Source: an uncultured Acidobacteriota bacterium (GTDB lineage Bacteria > Actinomycetota > Acidimicrobiia > Spongiisociales > ZC4RG35). Taken from it: a DNA stretch of 64,000 nucleotides. The stretch lies in NCBI GenBank assembly GCA_963822895.1, contig CAWGJI010000003.1, positions 128,379-192,378 of the forward strand. The letters are read 5' to 3'. How positions within the stretch are numbered: the first letter of the stretch is position 1; each line of letters begins with the position of its first letter. A model generated the notes under the pieces. That model did not search any database, was not told where the DNA came from, and saw nothing but the letters and a program-made list of their open reading frames with translations. Made by a program: the position numbers and the translations under genes. Positions 39,840 through 49,989 of this stretch are shown here, piece by piece.

Positions 39840-41249
39840 TCAGCCGACGGCGCCTGCGGCCGCCATGTTCAGCTCGATCAGGCGGTTCATCTCGACCGCG
39901 TACTCCATGGGAAGCTCCTTGACGATGGGCTCGATGAACCCGGCCACGATCATCGATGTCGCCTGCTCCTCCGTCAGCCCTCGGGACATCAGATAGAACA
40001 ACTGGTCGTCACCGACCTTCGATACGGTCGCCTCGTGACCGATCTCGGCATCGTTCTCCTCGATCTCCATGTACGGGTAGGTGTCGGACCGGCTGTTCTC
40101 GTCGAGGATGAGAGCGTCGCACCTGACAAACGACTTGGCATTCTCGGCCCCGGGCTCCACTCGAACCAGGCCGCGATATCCAGCCCGGCCGCCTCCCTTG
40201 GAAATGGACTTCGAGACGATTGTGGAGGTGGTGTCGGGAGCGACGTGGACCATCTTGGCGCCGGCATCCTGATGCTGGCCCTCACCGGCGAACGCTATCG
40301 ATAGAACCTCGCCGTGGGCTCCCGGCTCCATGAGCCAGACCGCCGGGTACTTCATGGTCAGTCGAGAGCCGAGATTGCCATCGACCCATTCCATGGTGGC
40401 GTTGCGATAGGCGGCGGCCCGCTTCGTCACCAGGTTGAAGACATTGTTGGACCAGTTCTGAATCGTGGTGTACCGGCACCGGCCGCCCTCCTTGACCACG
40501 ATCTCGACGACCGCCGAATGAAGAGAGTCGGTGGTGTAAACGGGTGCGGAACAGCCCTCGACATAGTGCACGTAGGCGCCCTCGTCCACGATGATGAGAG
40601 TGCGCTCGAACTGTCCCATATTCTCCGAGTTGATCCGGAAGTAGGCCTGCAATGGCTGGTCGACGTGGACTCCGGGCGGGACGTATATGAATGACCCGCC
40701 TGACCAAACGGCCGAGTTGAGCGCGGCGAACTTGTTGTCGTTTGGCGGGATGACCGTGCCGAAGTACTCCTTGACGATGTCCGGGTACTCACGCAGCGCC
40801 GTGTCCATGTCGGTGAAGAGGACGCCGAGTTTCTCGAGATCGTCCCTATTGCGGTGGTACACCACCTCCGATTCGTATTGCGCCGTGACCCCGGCCAGGT
40901 ATTTGCGCTCGGCCTCGGGGATGCCCAGCTTCCGATATGTCTCCTTGATGGACTCTGGGACCATGTCCCAGTCTTTCTGCTGCTCCCCGGCAGGCTTCAC
41001 GTAGTAGTAGATGTCGTCGAAGTCGATCGTGTCGAGAGCGCCACCGCCACCCCACTTGGGGATGGGCTTGCGGAGAAACCGCTGATACGCCTTGAGCCTG
41101 AATTGGAGCATCCACTCCGGCTCCTTCTTCATTGCCGACATCTCGCGAATGACGGTCTCATCGAGTCCCTTGCGCGGCGTGAAGGCGTACTCGATCTCGT
41201 CACGCCAACCGAGTTGGTATGCGCCTATGTCTAGGTCGACGGTGGCCAC
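39840..41249 (-). CDS. sufB: Fe-S cluster assembly scaffold protein SufB
   Basis: Full-length SufB hallmarks ([45 protein letters not shown]); no sufC/sufD adjacent. Confidence 0.9.
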   Translation of the reverse strand: MATVDLDIGAYQLGWRDEIEYAFTPRKGLDETVIREMSAMKKEPEWMLQFRLKAYQRFLRKPIPKWGGGGALDTIDFDDIYYYVKPAGEQQKDWDMVPESIKETYRKLGIPEAERKYLAGVTAQYESEVVYHRNRDDLEKLGVLFTDMDTALREYPDIVKEYFGTVIPPNDNKFAALNSAVWSGGSFIYVPPGVHVDQPLQAYFRINSENMGQFERTLIIVDEGAYVHYVEGCSAPVYTTDSLHSAVVEIVVKEGGRCRYTTIQNWSNNVFNLVTKRAAAYRNATMEWVDGNLGSRLTMKYPAVWLMEPGAHGEVLSIAFAGEGQHQDAGAKMVHVAPDTTSTIVSKSISKGGGRAGYRGLVRVEPGAENAKSFVRCDALILDENSRSDTYPYMEIEENDAEIGHEATVSKVGDDQLFYLMSRGLTEEQATSMIVAGFIEPIVKELPMEYAVEMNRLIELNMAAAGAVG

Positions 41250-41434
41250 TTGCTGATCACCTCAAGAATCTTCGTTTGCTTGCTGGCCTGTAATGGGAAA
41301 CAAGAAAGCGCGGTGCTGAATTTCCACTATCCCGATAGTTGAATTGTACCGGACGATCCTTCGTGGCGAAATCCAAGGATCCACCCGCACTCCGCACAGA
41401 CACCCAGGGCCTGGGCCGGCAGCACTATTAGGTT

Positions 41435-41875
41435 TTGGGGATGCCGGTCATCGTCGTCGGAGCCGACACCAGAATCGGGATGGAAGTGATACATGGCCTG
41501 CTCGAGCCGGGACGAGAGGTTCGGGCCTTCGTGTCCGATCCAGAGGTGGCGTCGGGTCTTCGGGCGGCAGGCGTCAAGGTCGCCTTGGGCGATGTCTCCG
41601 ATGACAGCCATATCCAAGGAGCCGCCACCAACTGCTTCTCGGCCGTCCTCGTCACAGAAGCGGCGCGCGACGACCGGGAGAGATCGTTTGCAGCCACCCC
41701 CGACGAGGTCCTCGCCGGTTGGGCCAAGGCAGTCTCTGCCTCGCGGGTGAAGAGGACGATCTGGATCGGCGACGAGGCACCGGATGTAGCGACACCGGAG
41801 AGGGCGATCGTGTCACCATCGATGGAAGGCCTGGTGGAACGGGTCGTCTCCCTGGACAACGCCGCCAAGATCTAG
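41435..41875 (+). CDS. NAD(P)H-binding (NmrA/atypical SDR-like) protein
   Basis: VIVVGADTRIGMEV Rossmann motif, short 146 aa. Confidence 0.55.
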   Translation: MGMPVIVVGADTRIGMEVIHGLLEPGREVRAFVSDPEVASGLRAAGVKVALGDVSDDSHIQGAATNCFSAVLVTEAARDDRERSFAATPDEVLAGWAKAVSASRVKRTIWIGDEAPDVATPERAIVSPSMEGLVERVVSLDNAAKI

Positions 41876-41876
41876 C

Positions 41877-42506
41877 TCAGATCATCGTGTAGATGTCCGA
41901 CTCTCTCGCCAGTTCCCACAGGTCGATGGCGAACATCCCCGCATCGCGGCGATAGGCGTCCTGAAGATAGGGGAACGGATCGATCGCCCGGCCTTCGTAG
42001 GCGAGCTCGAAGTGAGTGTGGGAGCCGGTCCCCTCGGCGTTGCCCGAGTCACCGACCCATGCGATCAACTGGCCCGCCTCCACGCGGCTTCCCTCGACCA
42101 GGCCAGGGGCAACCGTCAAGGACCAACTGGCCTCCCCATCGTCCGTTCCGGGGTTGTCGTTGTTCAGATGTATGTAACGCGTCGTCCAGCCGCCACCATG
42201 ATCGATCTCGATGTAGCGGCCCGCCAGATGCGAGGTTCCGACCACGGTGATGGTCCCGGCGGCAGCAGCAAAGACCTGCGTCAACTTTGGCGCCATCAGA
42301 TCGTTGCCCTCGTGTCGCCTGCCCCCGGATCTCCGGGCGCCAAACGTGGAGGTGAATTGGGTCACCTGAGTCTCCTGGGGGAATCGGAGTGGGAAGGGTG
42401 GGATGGGGGAAGCTGCGGCCGGGAGCATGGGGACGAAGCTCGCCATCGCCATGAGGAGGGTGAGGGCCAAGCCGCGGGCGCGTGCCAGTCTCGATTTGTG
42501 CGACAT
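41877..42506 (-). CDS. secreted M23 family metallopeptidase
   Basis: Signal peptide; HEGNDL, GRYIEIDHGGGWTTRYIHL, GSHTHFE M23 motifs. Confidence 0.75.
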   Translation of the reverse strand: MSHKSRLARARGLALTLLMAMASFVPMLPAAASPIPPFPLRFPQETQVTQFTSTFGARRSGGRRHEGNDLMAPKLTQVFAAAAGTITVVGTSHLAGRYIEIDHGGGWTTRYIHLNNDNPGTDDGEASWSLTVAPGLVEGSRVEAGQLIAWVGDSGNAEGTGSHTHFELAYEGRAIDPFPYLQDAYRRDAGMFAIDLWELARESDIYTMI

Positions 42507-42613
42507 GGGTCATTCTCCGATGGTCGGGAAAAGAGAAAGGGACCCAATCGAGGTCCCTCGTGCCGGTGACGCTATCCGGAGTCGACTTCTATGCAAACCC
42601 CGTCATCTTCCCG

Positions 42614-43072
42614 TCAAGGCTCCGGCCGAGCATCCTCGGGTCTGCGTCGAACCGCGAACCGGAGCCGGGACACCGGCTCGTCATCGACTGAGATCACGAA
42701 CGAATACGAGCCCTCGCCCGAAAACACCAGATTGTTGAATGTGAACGAGCGGATCAGGCCGAAGTCGGTTGCCGACGCAGGCTGCGACCTCGCCGGCAGC
42801 TTGATGTCGTGTGATAGGGGATGGGGCAGTATCGGCGCACCATCGGCGTTTTGCAGCTCCACCGAGAGCTTGAGCATCTCTGCCCCCCATGAGGTCGGCA
42901 CCCGGAGCCGAATACCGATGGCAAGGCTGGGATGACGCGCCGGGAAGTTGCGCACCCAAAGGGTATCCCAGCCTCCCCCGAGGACGAACAGCTTCCCACG
43001 GACCGCCTGTACTGCATCCGCCAGCAGTGCCACGTCGACGGTTGGCCCTATCGAGTCGGGGGCGATGTCCAT
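42614..43072 (-). CDS. hypothetical protein
   Basis: 152-aa ORF, no recognised motif; positional confidence only. Confidence 0.35.
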   Translation of the reverse strand: MDIAPDSIGPTVDVALLADAVQAVRGKLFVLGGGWDTLWVRNFPARHPSLAIGIRLRVPTSWGAEMLKLSVELQNADGAPILPHPLSHDIKLPARSQPASATDFGLIRSFTFNNLVFSGEGSYSFVISVDDEPVSRLRFAVRRRPEDARPEP

Positions 43073-43168
43073 TCAGGAAAGCCTAGGGACCACCGGACAC
43101 CCGAACCGAGGGCTGGATCGTATTCCACTCCAGGACGGCCCTCCCCTATCGTTGTCTCAGGAGGTCCT

Positions 43169-44491
43169 ATGTCTGAAAATTCGCTGCCCGCTCCCGCCAC
43201 GGGAAAGCTGGGTGTCCTCACTCCCGGCATGGGTGCAGTCGCCACGACTTTCTTCTCGGGTGTCCTCGCCTCGCGCAAGGGTTATGCCGTTCCATACGGG
43301 TCTCTGACACAGATGTCGCACATCCGTCTGGGGAGGAGGACGGAGGAGCGCAACCCACTGATCCGGGACTTCGTGCCACTGGCCCGACTCGAAGACCTCG
43401 AATTCGGAGGATGGGACCCCTACTCCGACGATGCATACACCTCGGCGATGAAGGCGGGCGTCCTCGATCCGAGGCATGTCGAGGGGATTGGGGACGAGTT
43501 GAGGGCGATCAGGCCCTATCCGGCGGTGTTCTCGAACCGGTGGGTGAGGAACCTCGACGGGGTCGACCAGGTCAAGGATGGCGCAAGTCACATGGAGCTG
43601 GCCGAAGCCCTGATGGAGGACATCGACCGATTCCGGGCCGACAAGCAGGTCGATCGCCTGGTCATGGTTTGGTGTGGCTCGACGGAGGCCTATGAAGAGC
43701 CCTCCGAGGTGCACGCCGAGTTGGCCACCTTCGAGAAGGGGATGCAGGACAACGACCCGGCTATCACCCCGTCGCAGATCTATGCGTATGCCGCCCTCAA
43801 GATGAAGGTGCCCTTCGCCAACGGCGCACCGAACCTGACCGTGGACATACCAGCCATGATCGAGCTCGCAGCCGAACAAGGTGTCCCCATCGCCGGCAAG
43901 GACTTCAAGACCGGCCAGACGTTGATGAAGACGATGATCGCCCCCGGGCTCAAGGCCAGGATGCTGGGGGTGAAGGGCTGGTTCTCCACCAACATCCTCG
44001 GAAACAGGGACGGCGAGGTCTTGGACGATCCCGAGAGCTTCAGGTCCAAGGAAGTCTCCAAGCTGGGTGTTCTCGAGCAGATCCTCCAGCCTGACGTGTA
44101 CCCCGAGCTCTATGGCGACATCTATCACAAGGTGCGCATCAACTATTACCCGCCACGCGGGGATGACAAAGAGGGTTGGGACAACATCGACATCTTCGGC
44201 TGGCTCGGCTACCCGATGCAGATCAAAATCGACTTCCTGTGCAAGGACTCGATCCTGGCGGCGCCCATCGTCCTCGATCTCGCCCTGTTCATGGACCTGG
44301 CCGCAAGATCGGGCAAGAGTGGGGTCCAGGAGTGGCTCTCCTTCTACTTCAAGAGCCCCCAGGTAGCGGAAGGGCTGTACGCCGAGAACGACCTCTTCAT
44401 CCAGTCCACCAAGCTGAAGAACAACCTTCGCCACATGATGGGCGAGGACTTGATCACCCATCTCGGAACCGAGTACTACGAAGAGACATGA
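43169..44491 (+). CDS. ino1: eukaryotic-type myo-inositol-1-phosphate synthase
   Basis: GKDFKTGQTLMKT, STNILGNRDG, FRSKEVSK, CKDSILAAPIVLDL match the conserved eukaryotic-like MIPS blocks (DFKSGQTKMKS, SYNHLGNNDG, RSKEISK, CEDSLLAAPI); GGAGG RBS. Confidence 0.85.
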   Translation: MSENSLPAPATGKLGVLTPGMGAVATTFFSGVLASRKGYAVPYGSLTQMSHIRLGRRTEERNPLIRDFVPLARLEDLEFGGWDPYSDDAYTSAMKAGVLDPRHVEGIGDELRAIRPYPAVFSNRWVRNLDGVDQVKDGASHMELAEALMEDIDRFRADKQVDRLVMVWCGSTEAYEEPSEVHAELATFEKGMQDNDPAITPSQIYAYAALKMKVPFANGAPNLTVDIPAMIELAAEQGVPIAGKDFKTGQTLMKTMIAPGLKARMLGVKGWFSTNILGNRDGEVLDDPESFRSKEVSKLGVLEQILQPDVYPELYGDIYHKVRINYYPPRGDDKEGWDNIDIFGWLGYPMQIKIDFLCKDSILAAPIVLDLALFMDLAARSGKSGVQEWLSFYFKSPQVAEGLYAENDLFIQSTKLKNNLRHMMGEDLITHLGTEYYEET

Positions 44492-44898
44492 CGTCAGATG
44501 GGATCAAAGTCGGCTCGTGGGTGATCCCCGAGTCGGAGTTGATCGAGAGATTCGAGACCTCAGGCGGCCCGGGCGGCCAGCACGCCAACAAGAACGAGAC
44601 GTCCGTGATTCTTCGGCTCGACCTCGAAGGGTCCTCGCTGCCACCGGACGTTCAATCGAAGCTTCGGGAGAGGATCGGCCCGGTCGTAGAGGTGACCGCC
44701 ACGGACAGTCGATCACAATGGCGCAACAGGGCGCTGGCGAGACGACGGCTGGCGGAGCGGATCGAGACTGCCCTTGCCGACAATCGGCCGCGTAAGGAAA
44801 CGAAGCCCTCGCGGCGCTCGCGTGAGCGTCGTCTCGAGAAGAAGCGATTGCGCTCCGAGTTGAAGAAGAGCCGGAGCACCCCCCGGATCGACGACTGA
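44488..44898 (+). CDS. arfB: alternative ribosome-rescue factor ArfB (peptidyl-tRNA hydrolase, GGQ motif)
   Basis: SGGPGGQHANKNETSV GGQ motif and basic C-terminal tail; ATGA start/stop overlap with ino1. Confidence 0.8.
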   Translation: MTSDGIKVGSWVIPESELIERFETSGGPGGQHANKNETSVILRLDLEGSSLPPDVQSKLRERIGPVVEVTATDSRSQWRNRALARRRLAERIETALADNRPRKETKPSRRSRERRLEKKRLRSELKKSRSTPRIDD

Positions 44899-44933
44899 TC
44901 TCGGAGTCGGCGGGCAGATGTCAACCCGCAGCT

Positions 44934-45575
44934 CTACCAGTGGGAAGCGAGCCAGTCGGCGGCCAGATCGGCCACGCTCTCGAGAGCACCCCGCTCTTCG
45001 AAGAGATGGGTGGCGCCCGGCACCACCTCCAGGAGGCTCGAGGGAGGTAGGTGTTCGAGTGCCTTCCTGTTCAAGTCGAGCACCACGGGGTCGTCACCGC
45101 CGACTATCAGCAACGTTGGACATCGGACCCGGTCCAGGTGAGCACCGGCGAGGTCGGGCCGCCCCCCACGAGATACGACGGTGACGATCTCACCGTCAGT
45201 GACGACAGCGGCGGCCAATGCCGCGGCGGCACCTGTCGACGCTCCGAAATACGCCAATGGCAGCGGGCCGAATCCGCCCAAGGAGCCGACCCAGGCCCTT
45301 GCCTCCTCGAGACGTCGAGCGAGCAGGCCGATATCGAAGACATTGGCCCGAATGGCGGCCTCCGACGGTGACAGGAGGTCGAATAGAAGGGTCCCCATCC
45401 CCCGTTCGTTGAGCGCAGCCGCCACATACCGATTGCGGGGGCTATGCCGGCTACTCCCAGATCCGTGAGCGAATATCACCAGACCGGTCGCCGCCGCCGG
45501 CACCGTCAGGTGGCCGGGCAACACGACGGGGATGATCTCGATGCGGATCTCCTCGTCGAGCAACATGTGGGTCAT
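44934..45575 (-). CDS. dienelactone hydrolase-like alpha/beta hydrolase
   Basis: VIFAHGSGSSRHS, nucleophile elbow GASTGAAAAL, DLH-family length. Confidence 0.7.
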   Translation of the reverse strand: MTHMLLDEEIRIEIIPVVLPGHLTVPAAATGLVIFAHGSGSSRHSPRNRYVAAALNERGMGTLLFDLLSPSEAAIRANVFDIGLLARRLEEARAWVGSLGGFGPLPLAYFGASTGAAAALAAAVVTDGEIVTVVSRGGRPDLAGAHLDRVRCPTLLIVGGDDPVVLDLNRKALEHLPPSSLLEVVPGATHLFEERGALESVADLAADWLASHW

Positions 45576-46204
45576 CCCCGGGAGCTCTCCAAGAGCCGCG
45601 TCACCTCGGTGTCGTTTGTCTGGGTGAAGTCACGATAGAACGACCCGATGGCGAGAAACGGCTCTGGGATGTCCACGACGACCACTTCGTCGGCCACCGA
45701 CTCGAGTGCGGCCAACGTGTCGGCCGGTGCGACCGGCGCGGCGATCACGATCTGTGCCGCTCCCTGTTCCCGGGCTACCTCGGCCGCCGCCCTTATGGTC
45801 GATCCGGTGGCGATCCCGTCGTCGACGATGACGGCGGTGCGACCTTCTAGCGAGATTCGCTGAGCTGCACCCCTGTACAGCGAAACCCTTCGCTCCAACT
45901 CCCGGCGCTCCTTGGCTTCGATTGCCGCCAACTGATGGTCGTTGACTCCGGCAAGGGAAAGCACCCTCGTGTTGAGAATCCGGATGCCACCTTCGCCGAT
46001 GGCGCCCATCGCCAACTCCGGCTGAAAGGGAACACCCAGCTTGCGCACCATGATCACGTCCAACGGGGCAGACAGCCCACGGGCAACTTCGAAGGCAACG
46101 GGAACACCGCCGCGGGGCAATCCGAGCACGACCAGGTCCCCACCACGGAGGTGCTCGAGCCGTTGCGCAAGCGTGCGCCCGGCCTCGGTTCGGTCTCTGA
46201 ACAT
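45572..46204 (-). CDS. phosphoribosyltransferase-fold protein
   Basis: RTEAGRTLAQRL...VVLGLPRGGVPVA and PRPP-binding VIVDDGIATGSTI motif; 4-bp overlap with the hydrolase gene. Confidence 0.75.
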   Translation of the reverse strand: MFRDRTEAGRTLAQRLEHLRGGDLVVLGLPRGGVPVAFEVARGLSAPLDVIMVRKLGVPFQPELAMGAIGEGGIRILNTRVLSLAGVNDHQLAAIEAKERRELERRVSLYRGAAQRISLEGRTAVIVDDGIATGSTIRAAAEVAREQGAAQIVIAAPVAPADTLAALESVADEVVVVDIPEPFLAIGSFYRDFTQTNDTEVTRLLESSRG

Positions 46205-46284
46205 AGGCGCCCTTCATGGCAAGGGTAGGTCGAAGCGCACTTCCCCCCGCGCGGGCCTGAACCATCACCACCTAGTGTCGCGCC

Positions 46285-46932
46285 ATGGAGATGACACCCC
46301 AGCGGTGGGAATACACGAGCCGGTATTCGCAGGAGGTATTCGGGGCGCAGGACGATCACCTGGCCGGTCTCATGACGGAGGCGGTCGCCGAAGGGCTTCC
46401 ACCAATCGCGGTCAGCGCCGACGTCGGTCGGCTCCTCCAGATCCTCACGTCGATGACGTCGGGTCGGCTGGCGATCGAGATCGGGACCCTGGGCGGATTT
46501 TCGGGGATCTGGATCACGAGAGGGCTTCGACCCGACGGTCGGCTCATCACCATCGAGTACGAGCCCCGTCACGCTCGTTTCGCCAGAGATCAGTTCGAGC
46601 GCGCCGGTCTGGGGAGCCAGGTCGAGGTGAGAGTCGGCGCCGCACTCGTTGTCCTTCCCTCACTGATAGGGGAGCTTGAGCCAGGGAGTGTCGATGTGGT
46701 GTTCCTCGACGCAGTGAAGAGCGAATACGCGCAGTACTTCGAGGCAGTGAAACCGCTGGTGGCTGTTGGTGGACTGGTTCTCGCAGACAATGTCTATGGG
46801 ACCGGGGAAGGCTGGATCGACCAGGGGCACGGAACGGATGCGTTCAACCGGCTCATTGCCTCCGACCCTGACTTCGAGGCGGTGGCGGTCCCCCTGAGGG
46901 AGGGTGTCTTGATCGCACTTCGCATCAGTTGA
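46285..46932 (+). CDS. class I SAM-dependent O-methyltransferase (family 3, caffeoyl-CoA OMT-like)
   Basis: LEIGTLGGFSGIWI, VVFLDAVKSEY, LVLADNV motifs. Confidence 0.8.
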   Translation: MEMTPQRWEYTSRYSQEVFGAQDDHLAGLMTEAVAEGLPPIAVSADVGRLLQILTSMTSGRLAIEIGTLGGFSGIWITRGLRPDGRLITIEYEPRHARFARDQFERAGLGSQVEVRVGAALVVLPSLIGELEPGSVDVVFLDAVKSEYAQYFEAVKPLVAVGGLVLADNVYGTGEGWIDQGHGTDAFNRLIASDPDFEAVAVPLREGVLIALRIS

Positions 46933-48124
46933 AGTAGCGCTTGACCCTCTCTCGATCGGGCTTGCCCGGTCCCGCAACCGGGATGTGGTCGACCCCGACC
47001 CACCGTTTGGGGATCATGAACGTCGGCAGTGACCGGCGAAGCTCCGAATCCAGGATGCCGGCATCGACATCACCCACATAGACGCAGCAGACCTCTTCGC
47101 CCCAATCGCCGTGGGCCACCCCGACCACGAGTGCCTCCTCCACCCCCTCCACCCGCTTGAGGGCGGCCTCGACGACCTCAGGCACCACCTTCTCACCCCC
47201 GGTCATGATGACAGTGTCAGCCCTGCCCCAGACGCGTAGCGCCCCGTCAAGATCGAGGGCACCGAGGTCATTGGTGACGAACCATTCCCCACCGCCTCGA
47301 TCGGGCTCACCCAGATAGCCGGGAGACAACATCGGGCAGCGAAGAGCTATCCGGCCGTCGGGCTCGATCCTGAGCTCGACACCGGGGAGGGGGTCGGCCT
47401 TGGCATCGATCACAGACCCCGGCCGCAGAGTCGCAACCTGCCCACAAGTCTCGGTCATCCCGTAGGTGGGCAGTGCCGGGATCCCCGCCGCAGACGCCCG
47501 CTCGAGCAGACCATCCGGGATGGGGCCCCCGCCCACCAAAACGGCGCGCAGCCCGTCATATGGGCCGGGGTCGTGATCGAGCAGCCGGCTCAACATGGTG
47601 GGAACGACCGACGCCATGGTCACGTCTCCACGCAGGGCGGCGGCACAGGTCGAGGGCTCGAACTCGGGAAGGAGCCGGACGGCCCCGCCCGTGTATGCGG
47701 ACCGAACCACGATCGACAGCCCACCAACGTGGTAGAGCGGCATCGCCAGCAGCCAGACGTCGTCACTGTCATTCCCGAGATGTGCCTGGGATGTCTCCGC
47801 CGCCGCCAGCCAGTTCTGGGCACTGTGACGAACCGCCTTCGGGGCGCCTGAGCTCCCTGACGTGAGCACCACCGTGACTGCACTCCCCGGGTCGGCTGTG
47901 GTGGGCATGTCCTGGCCAGGCCCGGAGAGAAGTGCGGTGCCGGTGCTCATCGCCGACGAGATCGCGACGATCGAGCCGAAGTCGAGCGTGGGGGTCAGGT
48001 CCACGACCGATGCGGTCTCTGCCTTCCCCATCCGCCCGAGGGCCTGGCCAAAGGTCAACTCCCCCTCTCCCCCCATCAAGAACACCCGATCGGGGTCATG
48101 ACGCCGTAGCCACTGGTCGAACAT
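46925..48124 (-). CDS. menE: short AMP-dependent ligase, probable o-succinylbenzoate-CoA ligase
   Basis: TSGSSGAPKAV AMP-binding motif, YGMTETCG, ~400-aa MenE-like length; divergent from menB. Confidence 0.7.
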   Translation of the reverse strand: MFDQWLRRHDPDRVFLMGGEGELTFGQALGRMGKAETASVVDLTPTLDFGSIVAISSAMSTGTALLSGPGQDMPTTADPGSAVTVVLTSGSSGAPKAVRHSAQNWLAAAETSQAHLGNDSDDVWLLAMPLYHVGGLSIVVRSAYTGGAVRLLPEFEPSTCAAALRGDVTMASVVPTMLSRLLDHDPGPYDGLRAVLVGGGPIPDGLLERASAAGIPALPTYGMTETCGQVATLRPGSVIDAKADPLPGVELRIEPDGRIALRCPMLSPGYLGEPDRGGGEWFVTNDLGALDLDGALRVWGRADTVIMTGGEKVVPEVVEAALKRVEGVEEALVVGVAHGDWGEEVCCVYVGDVDAGILDSELRRSLPTFMIPKRWVGVDHIPVAGPGKPDRERVKRYFN

Positions 48125-48203
48125 GGCCGCACGGTACGTCTCCGTGAACGCTTTCCGCCGCCGAAGGCGCGAAAGCGTTCACAGAAAGGCCTTATCCTCT
48201 CCC

Positions 48204-49106
48204 ATCGTGGTTTCCGACATCTTCGACCCGAAAGCCTGGGACCAGGTCCCCGGATTCGATTTCACCGATATCACCTATCACCGGGCCAAAGGGCATGGTG
48301 TGGTCAGGGTGGCGTTCGATCGGGCCGAGGTTCGGAACGCCTTCCGCCCCCACACCGTCGACGAGTTGCATGCCGCACTGGAGCACGCCCGTCAGGCCAC
48401 CGACGTCGGTTGCGTCCTCCTCACCGGAAATGGGCCCTCTCCCAAAGACGGGGGTTGGGCATTCTGCTCGGGCGGCGACCAGCGAATACGAGGGAGAGAC
48501 GGCTACAAGTACGCCGAGGGTGAGGCAGCCGACACGGTCGACCAGGGACGGGTCGGCCGTCTCCATATCCTCGAAGTCCAGCGGCTGATTCGATTCATGC
48601 CCAAGGTGGTGATCGCCGTCGTACCCGGCTGGGCGGTCGGTGGTGGGCACTCGTTGCATGTGGTGTGCGACCTGACGCTCGCCTCACGGGAGCACGCCCG
48701 CTTCAAGCAAACAGACTCCGACGTCGCCTCTTATGACGCCGGCTATGGCTCGGCGTATCTGGCGCGCCAGGTCGGTCAGAAGCGCGCCCGCGAGATCTTC
48801 TTCCTCGGCAAGACCTACAACGCCGTCGAGGCCCATGACATGGGGATGGTCAATGCGGTGATACCGCACGAAGACCTGGAACGAGTGGCACTGGAATGGG
48901 GAATCGAGATCACCTCGAAGAGCCCGATGAGCCAGAGGATGCTCAAGTTCGCCTTCAATCTCATCGACGACGGCCTGGTCGGCCAACAGATGTTCGCCGG
49001 AGAGGCAACCCGACTCGGCTACATGACCGAGGAGGCGGAGGAGGGTCGCGATGCCTTTTTGGAGAAACGCGATCCCGACTTCGGCCGATTCCCCTGGCAC
49101 TTCTGA
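48204..49106 (+). CDS. menB: 1,4-dihydroxy-2-naphthoyl-CoA synthase
   Basis: ITYHRAKGHGVVRVAFDRAEVRNAF, GGDQRIRG, crotonase fold and MenB-specific C-terminus; GTG start inferred. Confidence 0.88.
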   Translation: MVVSDIFDPKAWDQVPGFDFTDITYHRAKGHGVVRVAFDRAEVRNAFRPHTVDELHAALEHARQATDVGCVLLTGNGPSPKDGGWAFCSGGDQRIRGRDGYKYAEGEAADTVDQGRVGRLHILEVQRLIRFMPKVVIAVVPGWAVGGGHSLHVVCDLTLASREHARFKQTDSDVASYDAGYGSAYLARQVGQKRAREIFFLGKTYNAVEAHDMGMVNAVIPHEDLERVALEWGIEITSKSPMSQRMLKFAFNLIDDGLVGQQMFAGEATRLGYMTEEAEEGRDAFLEKRDPDFGRFPWHF

Positions 49107-49110
49107 CCGA

Positions 49111-49989
49111 ATGACCACCTTTCAGTCGTGGAAGACCGCCGCCCGCATCCACACCCTTCCGGCGGCGGTGGTCCCCGTTGCCGTGGGCGGGGGCCTGGCC
49201 CGGGGTGATGGAGTCTTCCGCTGGGATGGCTTCCTCCTGGCCCTGATCGCCTCGCTCGCCATCCAGGTGTCCGCCAACTTCGCCAACGACGCCTCGGATG
49301 CCAGGCGGGGTGCCGACACCGACCATCGAATCGGGCCTCCTCGGATGGTGGCCTTGGGCCGTATCACCCCGGGACAGATGTGGGCCGGCGTCGGTCTCAG
49401 CCTTGCAATCGCCCTGGCCGCCGGGATCTGGCTCAGCGTCATCGCCGGGCCTGTGATCCTGGTAGTGGGAATTGTCTCCGTCGTCGCGATGCTCGGATAT
49501 GTCGGCGGCCCATTCCCCTATGGCTATCACGGGCTCGGCGAGGTCTTCGTATTCACCTTCTTTGGAGTTGTGGCGACGGTGGGCAGCCGTTACGTGCACG
49601 ACATGACGGCCCCGGCGGCCGCATGGCTCCTCTCCGTCCCGGTCGGAATGCTGGTAACCGCCATCCTCGTGGCCAACAACCTGCGAGACATCGACACCGA
49701 CCGGGCATCAGGCAAGAGGACACTCGCAGTGATCATGGGCCTCGACCCGACTCGCGTCCTGTTTGCGTCACTGGTCTACGGCGCCTTTCCCCTGATTGCG
49801 GTCTTTGCCTTCCTGGGCTGGACCCCGTTGCCCACTTTGTTCGCCGCACTCCTCGCCCCCTACGCGGTAGGGCCGGTGAAGATCGTCCAACTGAAGAAAG
49901 ACGGGCCGGCATTGATCCGGGCGTTGAAGCTGACCGCACGTCTCCATCTGTGGACCGGCCTCGTCCTGGCGGTGGGTGCGCTGCTCTAG
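49111..49989 (+). CDS. menA: 1,4-dihydroxy-2-naphthoate polyprenyltransferase
   Basis: UbiA-family Asp-rich motifs (NFANDASDARRGADTD, NNLRDIDTDRASGKRTL), 8-9 TM helices. Confidence 0.85.
   Translation: MTTFQSWKTAARIHTLPAAVVPVAVGGGLARGDGVFRWDGFLLALIASLAIQVSANFANDASDARRGADTDHRIGPPRMVALGRITPGQMWAGVGLSLAIALAAGIWLSVIAGPVILVVGIVSVVAMLGYVGGPFPYGYHGLGEVFVFTFFGVVATVGSRYVHDMTAPAAAWLLSVPVGMLVTAILVANNLRDIDTDRASGKRTLAVIMGLDPTRVLFASLVYGAFPLIAVFAFLGWTPLPTLFAALLAPYAVGPVKIVQLKKDGPALIRALKLTARLHLWTGLVLAVGALL

Noticed and set aside
43157-44461. 434-aa antisense ORF opposite ino1
   Set aside because: Overlaps a motif-rich MIPS gene; acidic/Gly-rich low-complexity translation.
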